Shown in pieces: positions 60,030 to 64,000 of a stretch of DNA of 64,000 nt. Every line of letters starts with the position of its first letter. The stretch's first letter is position 1. Location: the NCBI GenBank assembly GCA_965660855.1, contig CBFIBM010000005.1, forward strand, positions 1,466-65,465, written 5' to 3'. Made by a program: the position numbers and the translations under genes. Source of the stretch: an uncultured bacterium. Lineage in GTDB: Bacteria > Fidelibacterota > Marinisomatia > Marinisomatales > UBA1611. A model generated the notes under the pieces. That model did not search any database. It was not told where the DNA came from and worked only from the letters and a program-made list of their open reading frames with translations.

Positions 60030-60581
60030 TTACCATGTTGTCATTATATCATTCAGTATATCTTCAGAAATTTTGCTCATGGCAACTCTTGTTGCAAATG
60101 CTCTTGGCTCACCAAATTCATCGTCATCTTGGTCATCAATTTTTCCATCAAAATCATTATCAATTCCATCTGTACCTATGTCACCAGAAATACCATAAGC
60201 TCCATAACCAGAATAATTTGATTCAAGTATATTTTTATCATTTTTTAAGTCATACCATTCAATCTGTACATCTATTTTGTATCTGTATTCTGATATAGAT
60301 TCTTCTTTATTAAAGGTGTAAGGTCCATTTGAAATACTTTTTATCTTACCTTTTAATATCGAATTGCAATTTTGATCATTTTCAATTCTTAAAACACCTG
60401 ATTCATTGAACTCTTCTATAATAAAGTCAGTGATATTTTCAGCTAAATCAAATTCTGATGTTTGGTTTTCAAATAACGGTATATGAATAGATTTGATATG
60501 AGTTGGTATTGATCCTGATAATGAATAGTATGAGCAAGATAAAGATACAAATATAAAATTCATGTAAACTAAAAATTTCAT
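60030..60581 (-). CDS. lptE: LptE-family lipoprotein with acidic insertion
   Basis: Lipobox SLSC, YSLSGSIP.HIKSI.IPLFENQT, ends in TTW as in FCB-type LptE. Confidence 0.75.
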   Translation of the reverse strand: MKFLVYMNFIFVSLSCSYYSLSGSIPTHIKSIHIPLFENQTSEFDLAENITDFIIEEFNESGVLRIENDQNCNSILKGKIKSISNGPYTFNKEESISEYRYKIDVQIEWYDLKNDKNILESNYSGYGAYGISGDIGTDGIDNDFDGKIDDQDDDEFGEPRAFATRVAMSKISEDILNDIMTTW

Positions 60582-60583
60582 TT

Positions 60584-61792
60584 TTACTTCTTTTTATTAA
60601 TCTTTGGTTCCAAGCCAAACTCTTCTATTTTTCTATATAAAGTTCTTTCACTCATTCCTAAGGATCGTGCTGTTTTCCTTCTATTATTATTGAAAAAACT
60701 TAAAGTTCTAGTTATTGCTTCTTTTTCAAGATCTTTAATTGAAATATCTCCAATAGCATCATCTCTTATAAGCTTAAAACCCTCCTCTATTATTTCCATA
60801 GATTTCTGAGGTAATTCAATACTTTTATCAATTGATTCTATTTTATTAGGAACATTCGTATTAACTGAGCCTGACATTATTAATTTCTGAATTATTTCAG
60901 TATCCTGTTTTAAAAGAAATAATTGCCTGAGCATTAAATCAATCTCGGCTTTATTCGTGTCATTATCTACAACTATTGGTAATTCATTATTTACCTGGGG
61001 TTTTGAATAAATATCATTCATGGACTTATTCACCATATCTGATGTAATCCTTTCACCTTTCTCAATGACAAGTATTTTTTCCACAAAGTGTTTCAATTCT
61101 CTAATATTACCTGGCCAATCATATTGCTTCATTGTTCTTATTGCATCAGGCACAAATCCCCTATACCGAATATCATTTGATCGTGTAAATTCAAGTGCAA
61201 ACCTTTCAACAAACAATCCTAAGTCCTCAAGTCTATTTCGAAGTGCTGGAAGGTGTATATTTACGGTATTCAACCTGTAATAAAGATCTTCTCTAAATTG
61301 TTTTTTTTCAACCAAAGCTTTTAAATTTTTATTAGTTGCCGCTATAATACGAACATCTGTTTTCCTAGTTTTTGCTTCTCCTACTCTCATAAACTCGCCA
61401 CTCTCTAGAACTCTAAGTAATTTGACTTGAGTCTCTAAAGGAGTTTCACCAATTTCATCAAGAAAAATAGTTCCTAAATCTGCTTCTTCAAAATAGCCTT
61501 TCCTGTCAACATTAGCTCCTGTGAAAGAACCTTTCTTATGCCCAAATAATTCAGATTCGATGATTCCCTCAGGTATAGCTCCACAGTTTACAATTACAAG
61601 AGATGAATTTGATCTTTTACTATTTTTATGTACAGCTTTTGCTATTACTTCTTTCCCTGTGCCTGACTCTCCTGTAATTAAAACAGATATATCAACATTT
61701 GATATTTGGCTAATCATTTCAAGAACTTGCTTAATACCATTTGAATTTCCAACTATCCCAGAGCGCTTTTGGAGTATATGTATATAATTCAT
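60584..61792 (-). CDS. Sigma54-dependent Fis-family activator without N-terminal sensor domain
   Basis: GESGTGKE, ESELFGHKKGSFTGA, FLDEIGE, FREDLYYRL, WPGNIREL and a C-terminal HTH. Confidence 0.93.
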   Translation of the reverse strand: MNYIHILQKRSGIVGNSNGIKQVLEMISQISNVDISVLITGESGTGKEVIAKAVHKNSKRSNSSLVIVNCGAIPEGIIESELFGHKKGSFTGANVDRKGYFEEADLGTIFLDEIGETPLETQVKLLRVLESGEFMRVGEAKTRKTDVRIIAATNKNLKALVEKKQFREDLYYRLNTVNIHLPALRNRLEDLGLFVERFALEFTRSNDIRYRGFVPDAIRTMKQYDWPGNIRELKHFVEKILVIEKGERITSDMVNKSMNDIYSKPQVNNELPIVVDNDTNKAEIDLMLRQLFLLKQDTEIIQKLIMSGSVNTNVPNKIESIDKSIELPQKSMEIIEEGFKLIRDDAIGDISIKDLEKEAITRTLSFFNNNRRKTARSLGMSERTLYRKIEEFGLEPKINKKK

Positions 61793-61857
61793 GAAATTAT
61801 TCCAAAATTAAATTTATAAAACTCAAAAAAATATTTCTCAAGATTGTAACTGTAAAC

Positions 61858-63867
61858 CTATTTTTTATCAATTGCTGTGTGTAATTCTTTTTCAATTTTC
61901 TTTATTTCATCTCGAATATTTGCAGCTTTTTCAAATTTTAAGTTCTCTGCAGCATTGTGCATCGCTTTTTTTAATTCAATTAATATATTTTCTTTATCTT
62001 CAATTAGCATATCTTTTAAATTATACTCAAAAATTGATTCATCGGTATTAACATCATTTGATCCAGCAACAGATGTTGAATCAAGAATTTCATCTAAAGA
62101 TTTATATACAGTTTTTGGAATAATATTATTTTGTAAATTAAAATCCTGCTGAATTTTTCTTCTCTTGTTAGTTGTTTTTACTAAATGATTAATAGCATCT
62201 GTTTTTTTATCTGCATATAGAATAACAAGACCTTCTAAATTTCTTGCAGCTCTTCCAGCTGTTTGCAACAAAGAACTTTTCGACCTTAGAAACCCTTCTT
62301 TATCTGCATCCAAAACAGCAACTAAACTCACCTCTGGTAAATCCAAGCCTTCTCGAAGTAAATTAATTCCCACCAAAACATCAAATTCTCCTAACCTCAA
62401 ATCTCTTAAAATTTGCACCCTCTCAACAGTGCCAATATCTGAATGTAAATATTTTACTTTTATATTAAGACCTGATAAATATTCTGTTAAATCCTCAGAC
62501 ATCTTTTTCGTTAATGTGGTAATAAGAATACGCTCTTTTCGTTTTACCCTATATCTAATTTCGCCAACTAAATCGTCAATTTGCCCTAATGATGGACGGA
62601 TATCCACCTTTGGATCAAGTAAGCCTGTTGGCCTTATAATTTGTTCGACGATTACTCCTTTAGAAAACTCTAATTCTCTATCTGATGGTGTAGCTGATGT
62701 GAAAATAACTTGATTCTGAGAGTCATGGAACTCATTATATTTTAGTGGCCTATTATCTAATGCACTTGGTAATCTAAACCCATGTTCAACTAAAGTTGTT
62801 TTTCTTGCCCTATCACCATTATACATGCCTTGTATTTGAGGTAATGTAACATGAGATTCATCCAAAATAGTTAAGAAGTCATCTGGGAAAAAGTCGATCA
62901 ATGTATTTGGCTTTTCACCTTCTTTTCTTCCAGCAAATAAACGCGAATAATTTTCTATTCCAGAACAATAACCCAGCTCTATCATCATCTCAATATCAAA
63001 ATATGTTCTCTGCTCCAATCTTTGAGCCTCTAAAAGTTTATTATGCTCTCTTAAAAACTTTAATCTATCATTAAGTTCTACTTTAATTTTCTCTATAACT
63101 GCTAAAGTTGTTTCCTTATCTGTTACAAAATGTTTGGCAGGGAAGATTACGATTTTTTCAAGTTTTTCTTTTTCTTCTCCAGTTATTGGATCAAAACGAG
63201 ATACGTATTCAACCTCATTTCCGAACAACTCAATTCTTATGCATAAATCTTCATATGCCGGGAATATATCTATAACATCTCCTCTTACTCTGATATTTCC
63301 TCTTTCAAGAACCTTATCATTCCTTGAATAATGGATATTTACAAGGCTCAAAATAAATGATCTTCTATTAAGGTTTTGACCCTTAGAAATTTTCACTGTC
63401 CCTTTTTTGTATTCTTCAGGAGAACCTATACCATAGATACAAGAGACTGAGCTTACAACAATCACATCATTTCGAGCCATTAAAGAGCTGGTTGCTTTAA
63501 GCCTCAACTTATCAATTTCTTCATTAACAGAGGAATCTTTTTCTATGAAAGTATCCGTTACAGGTAGATAGGCTTCTGGTTGGTAGTAATCATAATAAGA
63601 AATAAAAAATTCTACAGCATTGTTTGGAAATAATTGCTTGAATTCACCATATAATTGAGCAGCAAGTGTTTTATTATGAGACATTATGAGGGTGGGCTTT
63701 TGAACTTGCTCAATGACATTTGCCATTGTAAAAGTTTTTCCAGAACCTGTAACACCCATTAAAGTTTGATATTTTTCATTGTTGTTAATACCTAATACCA
63801 ATTCATTAATTGCTGCTGGTTGGTCTCCTTCAGGGTTAAAGCTTGAGGTGATTTTTAAGTCTGCCAT
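61858..63867 (-). CDS. uvrB: Excinuclease ABC subunit B
   Basis: GVTGSGKT, SYYDYYQPEAY, DESH, GFRLPSALDNRPL and a C-terminal UVR domain. Confidence 0.98.
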   Translation of the reverse strand: MADLKITSSFNPEGDQPAAINELVLGINNNEKYQTLMGVTGSGKTFTMANVIEQVQKPTLIMSHNKTLAAQLYGEFKQLFPNNAVEFFISYYDYYQPEAYLPVTDTFIEKDSSVNEEIDKLRLKATSSLMARNDVIVVSSVSCIYGIGSPEEYKKGTVKISKGQNLNRRSFILSLVNIHYSRNDKVLERGNIRVRGDVIDIFPAYEDLCIRIELFGNEVEYVSRFDPITGEEKEKLEKIVIFPAKHFVTDKETTLAVIEKIKVELNDRLKFLREHNKLLEAQRLEQRTYFDIEMMIELGYCSGIENYSRLFAGRKEGEKPNTLIDFFPDDFLTILDESHVTLPQIQGMYNGDRARKTTLVEHGFRLPSALDNRPLKYNEFHDSQNQVIFTSATPSDRELEFSKGVIVEQIIRPTGLLDPKVDIRPSLGQIDDLVGEIRYRVKRKERILITTLTKKMSEDLTEYLSGLNIKVKYLHSDIGTVERVQILRDLRLGEFDVLVGINLLREGLDLPEVSLVAVLDADKEGFLRSKSSLLQTAGRAARNLEGLVILYADKKTDAINHLVKTTNKRRKIQQDFNLQNNIIPKTVYKSLDEILDSTSVAGSNDVNTDESIFEYNLKDMLIEDKENILIELKKAMHNAAENLKFEKAANIRDEIKKIEKELHTAIDKK

Positions 63868-63925
63868 AATGTCTAAAATTACATGTATTCAGTTTCAGAA
63901 TCCAGTTAGATAGTGATATAAAATA

Positions 63926-64000
63926 TTATACATTAGTAGTTTTTTTTGACAGATTAATTATTTCAGAACAGAGACTAATCGGGATACCTGTTTTTTGATG
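63926..64000 (-). CDS. C-terminal fragment of an upstream gene (possibly HhH tail, e.g. UvrC)
   Basis: HQKTGIPISLCSEIINLSKKTTNV-stop. Only 24 codons are visible. Confidence 0.3.
   Translation of the reverse strand, partial: HQKTGIPISLCSEIINLSKKTTNV

Noticed and set aside
7392..63331. Other short ORFs nested in or antisense to long genes
   Set aside because: No recognisable motifs and fully overlapped by well-supported CDSs; treated as shadow ORFs.

Overview
Very AT-rich, gene-dense chromosomal window from a diderm bacterium with FCB-type gene content. A streamlined marine lineage such as Marinimicrobia/SAR406 is my inference and is not verified. Contents: an Fe3+ ABC transporter, four tRNAs (Leu-TAA, Cys-GCA, Gly-GCC, Ala-GGC), a Yej/Opp-type peptide ABC operon, two tandem Ig-repeat surface lipoproteins, and an accessory block (cutC, MFS, alkB, OYE, GNAT, GH99). 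That block ends in a frameshifted, truncated rimK fusion abutting tRNA-Ala. A long minus-strand housekeeping/envelope run follows (uvrB, sigma54 activator, lptE, asnS, nadE, lepA, lgt, outer-membrane proteins, glycosyltransferases, accA). The main result is two genes that the ORF track truncates because they contain an in-frame TGA at a redox-Cys position, each followed by a bacterial SECIS-like hairpin. One is a UshA-like lipoprotein with a C-G-U motif (18191..19384). The other is a thioredoxin-TPR lipoprotein with a U-x-x-C motif (40830..41861). The first lies in a compact yciH / selenoprotein / membrane rhodanese / MauE-DoxX operon, which is the best candidate here for an uncharacterised periplasmic selenol/thiol system. 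No CRISPR array, integrase, transposase or Sec-machinery gene was seen in the window.
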